Source: Utricularia gibba (Eukaryota > Plantae > Magnoliophyta). From it: 64,000 nt of DNA. The position numbers and the translations under genes are program-made. Positions 1 to 22,149 of the stretch are shown here, one piece after another. Each line of letters begins with the position of its first letter. Positions within the stretch are counted from its first letter, which is position 1. The notes beneath the pieces are model-generated. The model had not been told where the DNA came from. It saw only the letters and a program-made list of their open reading frames with translations, and did no database searches. Location: NCBI GenBank assembly GCA_002189035.1, contig NEEC01000008.1, positions 2,604,001 to 2,668,000 of the forward strand, read 5' to 3'.

Positions 1-112
1 AAATGTGAGATAGATTGTGCAACTAGGTGTGTAGGTTGCTGTCTCCAGGATGCCTATTTATTGCTCACTATGTTATGAATCATTTGATCATTGGAATAAA
101 GAGTTTTTGCAG

Positions 113-1607
113 TGTCAAAAAAGTATAAAGCTGTTATTATACGAATAGATAGCCCTGGAGGAGATGCACTTGCTTCTGATTTGTGAGTGCTACTGATCTT
201 CTATTGCTTCTTCGTTTTCACATGCTAGTTTGTATGAGGCAAAGAGTTAAAAGAGCGGAAAAAATGCTAAATTCTGTTGCTGTTTCATTAACCAGAGATC
301 CTTGTGAAGATATACGTATAAACCTCCAGTCACTTACTACGCATGCCAGCATCTCCTAATCCATGCTCTAATTTTCATTCGCCTTGTGATTGTGTTAGTT
401 TCTATCCTTTTCTAGTGTGTAATCATTTTATTATCACAGAATCTGGAGGGAAATCAAACTTCTGGCTGCCTCTAAGCCAGTAATTGCGTCAATGTCCGAT
501 ATAGCAGCCAGTGGGGGCTACTACATTGCAATGGCTGCAGGTGCAATTGTTGCGGAGAAGCTTACTTTAACGGGTTCAATCGGAGTTGTAACAGGTGAAA
601 CCATGTATGCGTGTGTTGGTTGAAATACTTAGAGCTAATCCATTTCAGAAGCTGTTATTCATCAAGCTTTTATGTCGACACAAGTTCAAAGTTCAGAAAT
701 TTCTACTGCAGGGAAACTTAACTTGCAGAAGCTTTATGAGTACATCGGCTTCAATAAGGAGATCATCTCAAGGGGGAGATATGCCGAGTTTGCTACATCA
801 GAGCATCGACCACTGAGGTTTGTAAGTAATTTGCTGATGCTAGATTCATTAAAAAAAATGCACATTTACTTAATAGAATATCTGCTGCTCTGCAATAACG
901 GCCCTTTTTCTGTTTTTCATTAGATATATACTAATATCATCTCCCAAACTAAAGTAGATTTCATCCAATGTAACTTGGCTTGGGCAGAGCGGATGAAGCT
1001 GAGCTTTTCGCAAAAAAGGCACAGGATATTTATAATCAGTTTCGAAACAAAGCAGCTTTGTCGAGATCAATGACAGTAATGCTATGAAACGTTATACTCA
1101 TCCTTATTGAGGTGGTTGTTTATTTTTCTGTAACTAACAAATGACCCTTGAAGGTGGAAAATATGGAAAAAGTTGCACAAGGCAGGGTTTGGAGTGGTTG
1201 TGATGCTGCTTCACTCGGCCTTGTTGACGCAATTGGTGGGATTTCTCGAGCGGTGGCAATAGCCAAGCAAATGGCCAATATTCCCCAAGATAAACAGGTG
1301 CCTTTTTTATGCATTGAGCTGATCTCTTGCTCCATGAAAAAACTGGTTTTCAAACCATTTTCATATTGAAAACGTTGATCATCAGGTGACGCTAGTTGAA
1401 CTCTCGAGATCGCCCCCAAATCCATTCGATATATTGAGGGCCATTGGAAACACATTGGCGGAAGCAGATGAGATGGTTGGTGAGTTGTTGACACAGGATG
1501 ATGAAATTCAAGCCAGAATAGATGATACTCTGTATCAAAATGTTGATGGTGCTTCAAATACCAAGCCTGCCTTGTCCCTAATAAAAGATTGCCTCAGATG
1601 GCTTTGA
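113..1607 (+). CDS. SPPA: Plastid signal peptide peptidase / serine protease SPPA, 3' portion (gene starts left of the window)
   Basis: GT-AG exons 113-182, 440-594, 712-817, 988-1075, 1154-1297 and 1386-1607 splice in frame. They encode [40 protein letters not shown] (S49 peptidase catalytic Ser motif) and AQGRVWSG...GLVDAIGG. Stop TGA at 1605-1607. Confidence 0.93.
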
Positions 1608-1911
1608 TCAGTAACTGTACCCAGCCTCGTATATTTGCTGAACCCGTTTGGAATTTCATTGAACTTTCGCAGACTGCAATGTGCATAAACATTGCTAAAC
1701 GATCATGAGTTCGGATTAAATCGGATTCCTGTATTTAAAGACACTGCACTACACTGCAGAAACATTGCTGTCATTTAGAAATGATGAGCATTACTTGGAA
1801 CTCCTTTGAGATTGAATCTTTGAAGAGCCTGGAGAAATGACTAGGAGTGCTTTAAACAGTTAGAAAATGCAGTGATGTATGGTTGGTATACAGGAAATGT
1901 TGGATATGTGT

Positions 1912-2850
1912 TCACTGAAGCACACAAGACTGGCTACCACCATTTTGGTGGTTGCCACCGCCGCTGAGGAGTTGTGTGAATTCTTGATCGGTAGTCGTGA
2001 GCATCAATGGCAATGGAAGCACGATTCCGCTCTCCAAGATGGCGGCGTGCCGCGGTCTGATTCTTTTCTCAAGGCTGAAACCAAAGTACTGGGGAAACTC
2101 CTGGAGCTCCTCCACCTCACCCCGAATCTCCTCCACGAAGTACTGAAACTTGGGTTTCAAATTATTCTCTATATTGAAGGCGAACAGTTCGGGGCACCTG
2201 AGCACCATTGCCACAGCCTCTGTCCTCGAAAAGCCAATGCTCACGAGGTAATCCAGTTTTGGGATCAACGTTTTTTCGACGCTGGAGACGAGTAAAATGG
2301 GATCCCGGTAAGCCAAAGCACGGAGGTCTTTGAATCCGAGTCTCTGCAGGAAGAACAAAGCGGGCTTCAATTGGTCCCTGGCGCTGGAAATGAGGAGCCT
2401 CGGGCATTTATTGACTACCCTTCTGAGATCATGGTCCGGCACTTTAAGATCATTGGAAAGGAAATGGAAAACAGGGGAGAGATCGGATTTGATATCCGAA
2501 GTTAGGATTCTGGGGCACGTCCCCAATATCTTGGGCATGTCTTTCAACTGGAGGCCTTTGGATTGGAGGAAGATGATAATTTGATGGATGGAGTGAAGCG
2601 ATGCGGAGTGAAGCATCGGGTTCTGGGCGAGGGCGCGGCCGGAGTCGACGCCCATTATTTCGAGGCATAGGATTTTTTCTTTGAATTGGAGGGAAATGTT
2701 CGAGTCGAGAGTGGCTTGTTGGTACAGAGGGTGTTTCAGAAGGAGGCTTTGGGGTTTTGTCGTGAAGCTGCTGTTATTGGATGCTTCGAGAGACAGGGAG
2801 TTTTTTAGCGTTGCAGTTGCGGCGGCGGAGGCAGCAACAGCCGTCATCAT
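1912..2850 (-). CDS. mTERF1: Intronless mTERF-family organellar transcription termination factor, most like plastid mTERF1/SOLDAT10
   Basis: Single ORF with mTERF repeats (KILCLEIMGVDSG, CPRILTSD, CPRLLISS..QLKPAL, FPQYFGFSLEKRIRPRH) and an Ala/Ser/Thr-rich transit-peptide-like N-terminus. The ORF track starts at GTG 2889; the first in-frame ATG is at 2850. Orthology is from recalled similarity. Confidence 0.88.
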   Translation of the reverse strand: MMTAVAASAAATATLKNSLSLEASNNSSFTTKPQSLLLKHPLYQQATLDSNISLQFKEKILCLEIMGVDSGRALAQNPMLHSASLHSIHQIIIFLQSKGLQLKDMPKILGTCPRILTSDIKSDLSPVFHFLSNDLKVPDHDLRRVVNKCPRLLISSARDQLKPALFFLQRLGFKDLRALAYRDPILLVSSVEKTLIPKLDYLVSIGFSRTEAVAMVLRCPELFAFNIENNLKPKFQYFVEEIRGEVEELQEFPQYFGFSLEKRIRPRHAAILESGIVLPLPLMLTTTDQEFTQLLSGGGNHQNGGSQSCVLQ

Positions 2851-4061
2851 GGTGATGATGGTGTTGGGTCCGGCGAGGGAACGCTTCACTTTGCATATGT
2901 CGTCTGGTTCAGATATGCCTTCAACTTATCCTCGTCGCCACTTGTCAAGAAAGAAGTGGCTGGTAATGGATAGCATTTCTTTGGAAGCATTTTATAGAAT
3001 CGTATGAAAAGCAAAAACAATCTATCTGCTTTTCCTGCTGTGAACTTGAGAGCAAGAAGCAAGGTTGAGGCCGAGAGAAACGTCACTGGAAATTGTTTCA
3101 TGGTTCAGTTGTTGACTTCAAGGGATAGAAGCAACGTTCTGAGTGCTTATATTCATTAGTTGGTGCTGATTCTCAAAGCTAGAAATGGGGAGGGGTAGGG
3201 GCCTGGATCAACAAACAGGTAGCTAATGTTCAGCTATGTGCCTGCACTACAAATGAGACTTTGAGAAATTTATCAAGTGTGTTAGCTTACGTTTACACCT
3301 TAAACTTAAGACTCTAGCATCCCTGATTTGTACGCCCTGCAGGCTGCATATTGCTACAAGAATGCAACTGTTTTGGGACTCGGAAACAGAAGTATCTGCA
3401 CTTGGAGGGACATGAGAAATGCCTGTTGGGGTTCCTTGCACTTTGTGGGAGAACAACTTCAAACAATGAAAGTAGATACGTGGGAGTGACTACCATCTGT
3501 GAAATGGTTAGAATTATGGGAGTGATGATGCACTTCCAATGAGATGTTCTTAACCTCCTGTTGCAGCAGTTTCTGGTTTTGGATTCACACTGATACAATG
3601 CATATTTGAACCCAATACCGTTAAAACGAAGCTCTTTATCGCATGTTACTCGCATGGAGATGAAAAGGTTCTCATCATTGCCTGATCGGTAAGCAAATGA
3701 AAAAGTATTTATGAAAGGTGTTCTATAAAGCAGTTAACACATTCGTGCTCAAAAGTTTACAGAGAGTATGAAAGTGGGTGCACGTATACTGGCAACCAAC
3801 ATGAGCCAACCTGGTTTTGTAAAGATTGGTGATGACCCGATTCGCAGCATTTCAAAACCAGGGGCATTCAAGAGGGTGAAGGTTCAACAGCTCCCCGAGA
3901 AAAGTAGGCTTCAGGAAGTGCTTCTTTTGCTGAAACTGTAGAAGTGGTTCGTGGAATACTTGAACCCCTCTCGAAGGATTGACTAAGAGGAGGCAACAGA
4001 AGCTCCCAAAACATGATGAACTAATCCAAAAGTTTTCTGTACAAGCAGATCGATATCAAAA

Positions 4062-7578
<3,517 letters not shown>

Positions 7579-8878
7579 CGCCAAATTCTTGACAGGGAAA
7601 GAAAACCGCAAAGGGACCTTGATCAAACCGAGTCCAGAAATATCAAAATCTTCAATGAGAATCAGCCCATCATCCTCATCTCTCTCCTTTGAATCCGATA
7701 TTTGCTCATTGCCATTACTACAACATGAACAACATTCAGAAGGAGAGTTTTTAATATTGCTATTATGAGTAGTAGCAAGATCAACAGAACACGATTGACA
7801 TTGAAAATCGCGACGAACCCCATCCACGAATGGCCTCCCCCATGTAAAGAACTGAACCTGAAAATGATAGCCGATGACACCCTTCAAAATTCCGCGAAAA
7901 TCCCGCGTTTCCTTACTCTTAAAATAAAAAAACTAAGAATAAAATCGTGACTTTAAGATTGTCCTACACCTACAACTGCATTTATTACACTGGTTGAAGT
8001 AGGTTTTATTACAGTTCTCAAAATTCAAAGATGAAATCTTGCACTATCTCGGAACATATTTTCGGTAGCGACTATTGGGTAGTAGGCAGGAATACAAATT
8101 CCATTGAAAGAACTACACAACGCAGTGCTCACAAATTGATCGTTTTCTACGGTGCGGTGCGTATCACCTTCTTTAAAAATTTCCGAATTCCAAGGAGCGC
8201 TGCTAAGCATCAATTTTGTAAATAAAAAAAAACAAATATCATCAGGATTGATTCAGTAGCTCAGTTACACATTTCAAACAAAATTCTTCAAAAACCAACA
8301 GCAAACATTGTTAAATGGATTCCAAGCTATCCCTAGAACACAAATTCATAAACTACAACATCTTCCTTCATTAGATAACCAAGAGTATCCGTCCGAAGAA
8401 ACACGCTATAACTATAATCACAGTATTTCGGATAAGTGAGGTTTTCGTCAGGTTGGCCAGTCCGTACGCAGATGGCCATGGCCAACCGGGGAGTAGAAGT
8501 AGGCTTGATATTATGTCTTTATGGGCCCGCTTTTTGAGCCGCCTAGTGACCAACTAGACCAAGCCCATCAGAAAGAAATATGGAAACTTTTTAACAATTT
8601 ATTTTTACCTTTTAAATAGTAAAAAATAAAAATAGAAATTTTTAAAATAGTATTTTAATCATTTTAGAAAACATCTGAGATTATTTTTATTAAATTATTT
8701 ATCAAAAAATGGGAACTAATTTTATGAAAGCTGGATTTTGAAATAATAGGAATAAAAATTTTGAAAACCATTTAGATAAATAGTAGAAACTATTTCTTGC
8801 AATTATTCAAATGGAGCATGAGTGACACACAGTGGCTCTGCAGTACACAGATTTTTTATTCAACTAAGCCTCTCATGC

Positions 8879-11267
<2,389 letters not shown>

Positions 11268-12628
11268 CTTTCACCGAGAGGGGAAGGAGAAACACCGGGG
11301 GATTTTGTGAGACTGAAGATGGGATAGAAGTATACAGCGGCCTTCGGACATTCACGTGAAATTCCTTTGTTTTTTACCTCAGAAACGGACAGCCTCGTAA
11401 TGGTCATGGACAGTGGACACCTCTCTCTCTCTCGATAAGACCACACCAGCTCCCTTCAGCTTCAATGATTGCATGGTAAGAGCGTGCGAATGTAAGGGAT
11501 GGAGTCAAAATTCAAAATACAAAAATATTTATTTGAAATCGAAAAAATGACAATTAATTCAAATAAATCTAATATTAATTACGTAAATTAGTAAAAAGTT
11601 ACACTTTATAAATTACTAATAATACTCATTTTTCAATTTAATATTTTTAATAATTATATAGAGTAGATGATATTTAAATTTTATATTCAAAATTAAATAT
11701 TTCTATTTATTTTTACTATTAAAAATAAAATAAATCAGGTGATAAAAAACTTTAAATGAATATTGTTCAATACAAATTATTTTCATATATATTATTTAAA
11801 TAATCAATAAAAAAATAAAATAAATTGATATCGCGGCGGCGCCCGGACGGCATATGGACTTGTAATCTCTGTTTGATGGGTCAAATGAAAGCCCCTTGTG
11901 TTTGAATGTTATTGACCTTAGCGTTTCGTTTCGTGAGGAGTGTGGCGGACACGGCCAGCTTCGTTGTGACGCGTGCGGTGGACACGCTCTATTCTTCGTC
12001 AATGTTTCTTCTTTTCTCTTCGGGGATCATTTTGCACCAAGCAACCTATGGCGGTTCCATGAATCTATCGATCCAGGAATTGAATGCTCTGCAGATCTGT
12101 CTGTAGGATTTACTGATTCATTTTTTTGAGATACATGAATATGAAGAAACATGCTGTTCGAAGTCACAAATTTGTTACAGAAGATGGCTGTTTTTCCATT
12201 AACCAAACTGATCAGGAGGATAACTAGCCTGCTGTACCACATCCCCTGTTTTGGGGGAAGCCTGTTGGTGCTCATGTTTGGTATTGATTCCATGTTCTGT
12301 TTACATCTGGGTTGTTCTTAGTTGCTGCTAATCATGTGTTTGAATTCAGTATTGTTGTGTCTGAAATTCATTGACTTCCTACGCAGCAAAGCTTGAGAAT
12401 TGCCATTCTGTTCGCATTTAGTTTCTGTGTATCTTAATTTTGTAAAGGGAATGCAGCTACTAGTCGTGTTCTTGTTTTTGCTCCATTCGTTAAACAACAG
12501 GCATTCTGTAATCGTGGGAAATGCAAATTACAGAGAAGAAAAAGCGTTACTGAAGCAATGAAATTTTGTTGAAAATGGAATGCAATACAAAATGGGGGGC
12601 AACCAATCCAATTCTTGAGTTGAAAATC

Positions 12629-14532
12629 TCAACGCTGAAGCATCAATGGGCGAATCATCTCGTTGTCTTCGTGGTCAAGAATCTGCAGAAAAAGGAAGAT
12701 GTCAAAAGAATATTCTGACTGCGTGGAATTGACAGAAAGAACTCACATGACAGTGGTAAACGTAGCCGGGGTCAGCGGTGGCATCGAATGGGTAGGGCTC
12801 ATCGTTGTGCACCAGGTTGAACTTCACCACCACCGTCGTCACCTCACCAGGCGCAAGTTTCACTATGTTTTTCCAGGTTCTCTCGTACGCCGGAGTCTGC
12901 GTAATAGTCCCGGTGGCGTAGGAAGAAATATTGCAAGCGAGGGCATCCGAATTCGCATGCATGCAGTTCGCGAACGCGCCGTTGGGATCATTCAGACTCT
13001 GAGATTGGATGGCTTGGAACTCGGCGATGTGAAGGTGAAGCGGGTGGTTGTCGCCGGTGAGATTTATCACTTCCCACACTTCCGTTGACCCGGTCTTGGG
13101 CGTCTCCGTCGCGGGGTCGGTGAACCGCTTGCCGTTGATATACAGGTGCGTCGGCTCGTTTGCAGAGTTTGTGTACTCAAACAGTGCGATGTATCGCTTG
13201 ACAGAGGCCTTTTGAGCTGCCGCCACTGCAGACTGCTGGGCCTGTAAGCTTGGTGGGATTCTTGATGTGTCCGGACGAGGGGGTGGGCCTTGTATGACGA
13301 ATTTCATGACTTGGCTGCTGAGCCTATCGACCGCCGATCCCGTCGGAAAAGGGTAGGGAGCGTCGTTGGTGATGATCGATTCCGATGCGGAGGTCAAAGA
13401 GAAATCGATCACGACATCGAATGTCTCCGCCGTAGAAAGGAGTATGCTGGAGGATGTCACCGGGGATGGCAGGTAGGAACCGTCGGATCCGACTACGGTG
13501 AACGACAGCCCGTTCGTCATTGCAAGATTCAAGTACCTGGCGTTCGAAGCATTGGTGATACGGAACCTGTATTTGCGGCGTTGGACGTTCATGAACGGCC
13601 ATGCTTTCCCGTTAACAACAATGGCATGCCCAAAGTATTCCGGCCTCCACTGCGGATGAACTTCCGGGGCATTTCCGGTGCGGTTGATATACAGAGAACC
13701 GTCGGCGTAGAAACTCCTATCGAATATAAACAGGTTGCGATCAAATTCAGGGCCTGAAGGAAGATTGAGCCTGGCTTCTTGCTCCGGATCTCTGATAGTG
13801 TACGGTGCAATGAGACCGGCCAAAAGGTTAACTCGCGTCAACCCAAGGGCATGATCATGGTACCAAAGATTCCCCGGATTTTGCACATTGGGATACATGT
13901 ACGTGGACTGGCTCCACTTCGGGCCCTTTTCAGCAAAATTGGCGGTGAACCACGCCAGGGCACTCCCATCGTTGGCCGGCGACATTATACCTCCGTGGAG
14001 ATGGACCACGGCCGGAACACCACCGGATTTCGGTATGGCGGTAGAAATCGTAGGATCCCACGGAAGAATATGGTTCTTAGGGAGATGATTTTCCCATGTC
14101 ACGTAAGTCGGAACACGATGCACGGCATTGATCACAGGCCCCGGCACCGTCGCCTCCGCCCAAGATGTCCCGTAGGCGAAAACAGGAGTCGGTGGGAAGT
14201 CACGGTGAAATTTCTGCACATTGAAATCAGAATAAACCTTAAGCCCCTACAAAAATCAGAACAAAAAACAGATCAGCTAGAGTGCATACCCATGTAGTTT
14301 GATACATCCCGATCGTGAGCCTTCCGGGGCCCTTAGGTTCCCCATGGCGACCCTGCGAGTATCCCAATAGACTGGGGATTTGGGGAACAGGATCCACAAA
14401 CATTTGCAACGATGCAGCGATCTGCTGAAGGGCCTGATCCGTCACCGGAGGCGACTGCGCCAGGCAGAGCATGGCACATGATTCCAAGACAAGGAGAACG
14501 ATGAAAAGTACAGATACCAGAGCCTTTTTCAT
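12629..14532 (-). CDS. LPR1: Multicopper oxidase LPR1 homolog (Low Phosphate Root-type ferroxidase)
   Basis: Exons 14532-14290, 14213-12747 and 12682-12629. Signal peptide present. All four Cu-binding motifs are intact: HLHGG, WYHDH, HPLHLH and YHCH|ILDHEDNEM. Confidence 0.92.
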
Positions 14533-14600
14533 GGCTTCTTCTAGTAGCCGGGAGAAGTGCGTTTGAGTTGTGAGTTTGGAAAGGCTAAAAGGGTGTCAGA

Positions 14601-14607
14601 ATTTATA
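14601..14607 (-). promoter_or_regulatory. Putative TATA box of the LPR1-like gene
   Basis: TATAAAT on the minus strand about 70 nt upstream of ATG 14532. Confidence 0.5.
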
Positions 14608-15379
14608 GATGAAATGGGAATTGGATCCGGAAACCAACTACAGAACGGGATGAAAATGGCTCCAGTCTGAATACGCCACACCGTCAACATAAAACAAAAC
14701 AAAAACCCATTCGCGTGTCGGAATTCCATTTGCAGCTGCCAAGGAATTTTAGACACGCTTATTGAACCCAAGTAAACTACTTATGACCCGATCACTTGTA
14801 ATAAGCAAGCAGTTTCGGATAGCGGGAAACAGCGCTCCCTGCCTCGACTTTGGGTTGTGTATGCATCTTCCGTTCGCCTAATGGTGGGCCCACACAATTC
14901 GTTCGTGTGTTTGAAAAATTTATTTTGAGTTTAATATTATTTATAATGCATTGAATCTAATTCTATTTATTATAAAAATATTACGAAAAGATAAAAAGAA
15001 TTAGGTAAATTTCATAAAATTTTGATTTTTTATAAAAATTATTGAATCGTATCTAAAAAAAATATGGATTCGAGTTTAATTCCAAATTTAGTTTACTCTC
15101 TTAAACACACATATATTAAAAATTACATATATTTGATAGGATATTTTCAAACATTCATGTAATTTATAAAAACTTTTATAATTCTTCTAATTTATCAAAC
15201 GAATTTTAATTTTGTTTCTATGTTTTAACATTATTAATACATATTCATACAATTTAGTTTTCAGATATATTTCTTAAAACACAAATAATTGAAGTATATT
15301 ATTAATTAAACTATTTTTACTAAAAACATAATTAGAAGCATCCTTTCTAAATCCGTGCCGTTGGGCCGTCGCCAGCTTT

Positions 15380-15387
15380 GCATATCC
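15380..15387. promoter_or_regulatory. P1BS-like element (GNATATNC) upstream of the LPR1-like gene
   Basis: GCATATCC matches the PHR1-binding consensus about 850 nt upstream of the LPR1 ATG. The motif is short and may be chance. Confidence 0.25.
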
Positions 15388-17433
15388 CTCAAAGATGGTT
15401 CACCGTTCCATTTTTAAAGGTTTCCTACATGTTATGGTCAACTTCTACGGCCTAGTCTTCATTCGGCACGATCAGGACACTACATGAAGTCACTGGTTTT
15501 GTCGCCCCTCGTTTCATCCACTCTTTCCTAATTTCTGTAATACTTTTCAAAAAAATATTATAAGAATCAATCACATATAGAAAAATAAAAATAAAATATC
15601 TAAATATATAACAGATTATAAATCATTAATATTTGATTATGTTTAATTTTTTTTAATATGATTCATATTCATTATATATTTAGAATTTACGTATCTTTAT
15701 CTAATTCATTAGATCCTAAATTTCAACAAAAATATCATGTGGGAAAATATCACAAAGGTTTTTTTTCAAAATTGATCCTATTGGTCCACGCCCTTTTGCC
15801 ACAAAGATTGATTAGATGAGGAAAACAGTGGGCGGTGCTGCTCCAATGAAACTGTTCTGAAAGAAGGCGAACATCATTTTCCGGTAGAGCTTGAAATTTC
15901 GGACACCACCGTTGAAAATACACACATTAGTTTACCGGTCACCACACGCCCTTCCGTCATCGGTGGCCCACCGGAAAAGGACAATGTTATGCCAAATGCG
16001 ACCATGGGATTTTAAGATGATTAATTTGTTTACACTCATATCATAAGATGATCAAATTCTTAAATCATCTAATTACAAAATGAAATCAAATAAAGGAAAA
16101 GAGAAAAAAATAAATATTATAAACCCATTCCATTGGATTGAACAAAATCTTTTTAATATTGTGTTTATTTAAACTCATGAAGTAAATGTAATTTATAAAC
16201 TTCATAATCCCATAGACCAATTTGATTGTTGATGCATTCTATTAGTAATCAAAAAAGGGAATTTCCATGTCCCATTTTAAATTAATATAATTGCCATCAT
16301 TGTACATGTTTGTGTTTTGCAACTTATTCTTTTGATCAAATCATAAAATTTTATGTATTTTTTTTAAAAAAACATTTAGTTTGTGAATCGTTGAAATTAT
16401 TAACAAGTAAAACTAATAGGGTTAAATGTGTACTTTTTAGTTCAAAAAATTAGCAATCCTTTTGAAGCTTTTGAAATTTTGAAAATTTTGAATTTTAAGC
16501 TATAATTTACATGCTTATTTTTTGATTAATTATTTAAAATAGAAGTTGAAAGTAATTTATTACAAACTATCTTGAGTTTTAATTATATTTAATTTCTGGT
16601 AAATTTATTATTTAATTATTGAATTTTATTGTTAGTTTACATTTAGTTTTTCGAAAATAAATTAATAAATGAAAAGGAAGATTATTGGATAAATTGATAT
16701 TTGAGTATATTATAGATTTTAAAAAATTAAAAGTAAAAAATTATTAACGAATAAAATTGAGATTTGATCGTGACCGTGTGTTTCGTGCCTTCCGTACATC
16801 TACGTGGCGGTGGCTCCGCTGTTAATCTCTGCTGGACATCTATTGGTCCATCTCCCGAAATATCTATTTTTTTTACTGAGCTTCTTCTTCTTCTGTGGTG
16901 CAGAGTCTTGGCATACCCACTGGTTGCTTGTTCCACTCTTCTTACTCCGTTGCCACAAGGTTGGGATTGGATAGGCTTCCTGGAATTTGATTTTGTTCCT
17001 TTCTTTCCGGTGTTGTTTTCCTATAGTATAACTTGATTGCGTGTTTTTGCTGTGAAAGTTGGGTGTTGTGGATTGTTGAAGGAACATATACGTAGCGCCT
17101 CGTTTTGGGGTTCTCAAGGTTGTGACTGGTTTCTTGAAGTTTTTGTTTTGTTGATCAAATTTTTGGTCCTCTTTTGTCCAGTTGACTTTACGACTTTGTT
17201 TTGATTTGTGGTGCTTGTTAGGGTTCTAATTTTTTGATGAATCACGGAGTACGCTTTCTACGATCTTGTTATTCTTTTACTCGTGAACGCACAATTTCCC
17301 TAGGAGAAATTAGTTCTCGGAGGTTTCGAAGTGGTTGCTAACATGTGGATCCCCTCTTGCAAATATTTACGTATGTCTTGCTGGAAGTGCTTCTAAAATT
17401 TTTGGTTTCACTTGCTCTGCTAGGGAAGGTTGA

Positions 17434-20071
<2,638 letters not shown>

Positions 20072-22149
20072 ACAACGAATAGCGGCCATAGAACTAGTTA
20101 ATATCTCTGGCCGGGCAGATGCATATGGTATGACCAGGCAGGCATGCTGTAGATAAATGCTCATCTCTCCGCTGTAGTGGTTGGTGTCTTCCCCCTGAAC
20201 TGCCTCCCGCAGAGGAGCTATGCTTATGCTTGTGGCGTTTGTACCATGCTTTGTGTAAAAATGCATAAACAACTTCAGAGGACTTCCATCTTACGCGCCT
20301 GCTCTTTTTGCAATTAGTAACTATTAAAAGAAATAATAACACATCAAAAATGATAGAATAATTAAATATATAAGAAATTATGTATTAATTATAATTGATT
20401 AAATTTAATATTTTCAAATATAATACGTGTTTGGGTGCTCGACTTTTCAATATTAACACCCACTAAAATCCGCCACCAACCACCAAAAAATATGTTGAAA
20501 AATTTAGGATTTAACCACTGGTCAAGCCTAAACCGGGGGCTTTCCCGGTCCGATCCAACCTCAACAAGCTTGTTAAGATCACTGTAGAGACGCTGGTTGT
20601 GATAAAGGTACAAACTTTGATAATTCGAAAAAATTGAAGACACTCAATACATTAGATAAATTGATTTCACTAGAATAATACTCATTTTCTATACAAATAA
20701 AATCAATATTATCTTCTCTACCAAACATGCTGTTATTTTTCAAACTCATCCGGTCCCTTTTGGATGGAGCATCCTCCTCCACACTTACTTTCAACTTCAT
20801 TTTTTTTTTTCAATGGCAACTTGCTCTCAATATCTCGGGTAGTTTTTCTGAGTCCCCAGAACCCAACTGCTTCTCCAGGGAGATCGTGTGACAGAGAGCA
20901 CCTCTCCCTTCCTCCCTGTGTTCTTCTTACAGCCGCAAAACCTCACAATTATTCCACGTCTCCATTGCCGTGTCCGAAGAATCCTGGTCCGTGCAGGATG
21001 ACGGTAACAGAGTGTGGCATCAACACACCACAGCCTAAGGATGAGAGCTTTCTTTCTCTCCCCGTTCAGTTGACATGTTTATATTATAAAACAAGTGTTC
21101 CCAGTGTCGCCAAGACAACTTGGCTTCAAAGTGGGCATTACAAAAATAGTATAAGGAGATAAGTATCATGTATACATCCATCTTATAACAAACTCAAATA
21201 ACGCACCCACCTCCAGTTTTTTTTATGCTTGCTACTCAACTATTGATGTTTCAACATACACTAGTTTTATTGATTTCATTTCGGATCTACGCACTTGGTT
21301 AAGTGATTTTTTTTCTTGTTTTTGACACGGGATTTACACATTGAGAGGGTGTTTGATAGATAGTATAGTTAAAATTAAAGTTAAATATTATCATTAAGAA
21401 TCATTTAATAAAATTTTTTTTTTCAAGAAGTGTTAAAAAGCTAAGATTTTATAATTTTTTAAAAGCATAAGAAACGCTTCTAAATTTTTAAGTTTCTTGG
21501 AATAAAAATCGTTCGTATATAATAACATAACTATTTCGAGGTTTAAGAAGCAAAAGCTATTCCAAACAAAGTCTTAATTCTAAGCTCGCACTTGGTATTT
21601 GGAAGAAAATGTTTATGTGCTTCATCTTTCAATTTTAGATAAAAGAAATGAAATAAATATGTCAAATATAAATTTTAATTAATAAGATCTATAAACTAAT
21701 TACTAATAATTTAAAGGTGTTATTGTCTAACATAAAAATATAACCCCTATCTTTAAATAAAATACATCAACCATTACCTTTATATAAAATAAATATTTGA
21801 CTTGTACTTTTTTAGTAATAATTTTTTTAAAGATTAAAGAATTAGTTACGCCTAAATTTAACTAAAAAATTTGAATGATATCCATATTATACTATTTTCA
21901 AAATATTCAATGAATTAATTATCCGCTCATTCTAAATTAAACTACAAAACAGCTTGATTCCTCGCACACATGTTCATTGGTAGTTAAACGCTCTAAAATA
22001 TACTATGAAATGTCACATTAGTAAACTTAAGACCTAAATGAAATTTCAATATGAATTAAAGCTTTTTTTGGTCTTAGTATGCAGACCATCCAACTAGGGT
22101 TTTTATATTGTGATTCATAACTAGGGTTTTTAACTCGAGGGAAATGCAG

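Noticed and set aside
2886-3101. 71-aa upstream ORF ending 36 nt before the mTERF start, plus an out-of-frame ATG at 2896
   Set aside because: The transcription start is unknown and there is no evidence of conservation, so it cannot be called a uORF.
3522-3593. GTGATGA...CTGA C/D-box-like spacing (similar pattern at 12139-12211)
   Set aside because: No terminal stem or recognisable rRNA/snRNA-complementary guide; such boxes occur by chance.
11896-12129. ORF containing ECGGHGQLRCDACGGHA, resembling a DnaJ-type zinc finger
   Set aside because: TTG start, incomplete CxxCxGxG repeats, and explained by a short DNA duplication (tgtggcggacacg / tgcggtggacacg).
12663-14297. Plus-strand ORFs of 141-172 aa overlapping LPR1
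   Set aside because: Antisense shadows of a GC-rich coding exon; no recognisable motifs.
20878-20908. TGACAGAGAGCAC inside a small GGGAGA/TCTCCC hairpin, resembling both ends of miR156/157
   Set aside because: Seven central nucleotides of the miRNA are missing and the hairpin is far too short for a precursor; it also does not fit target-mimic geometry.
20094-21162. 82-aa and 132-aa ORFs downstream of the aspartic proteinase
   Set aside because: Non-ATG or weak starts, no motifs; they lie over 3' UTR and intergenic sequence.
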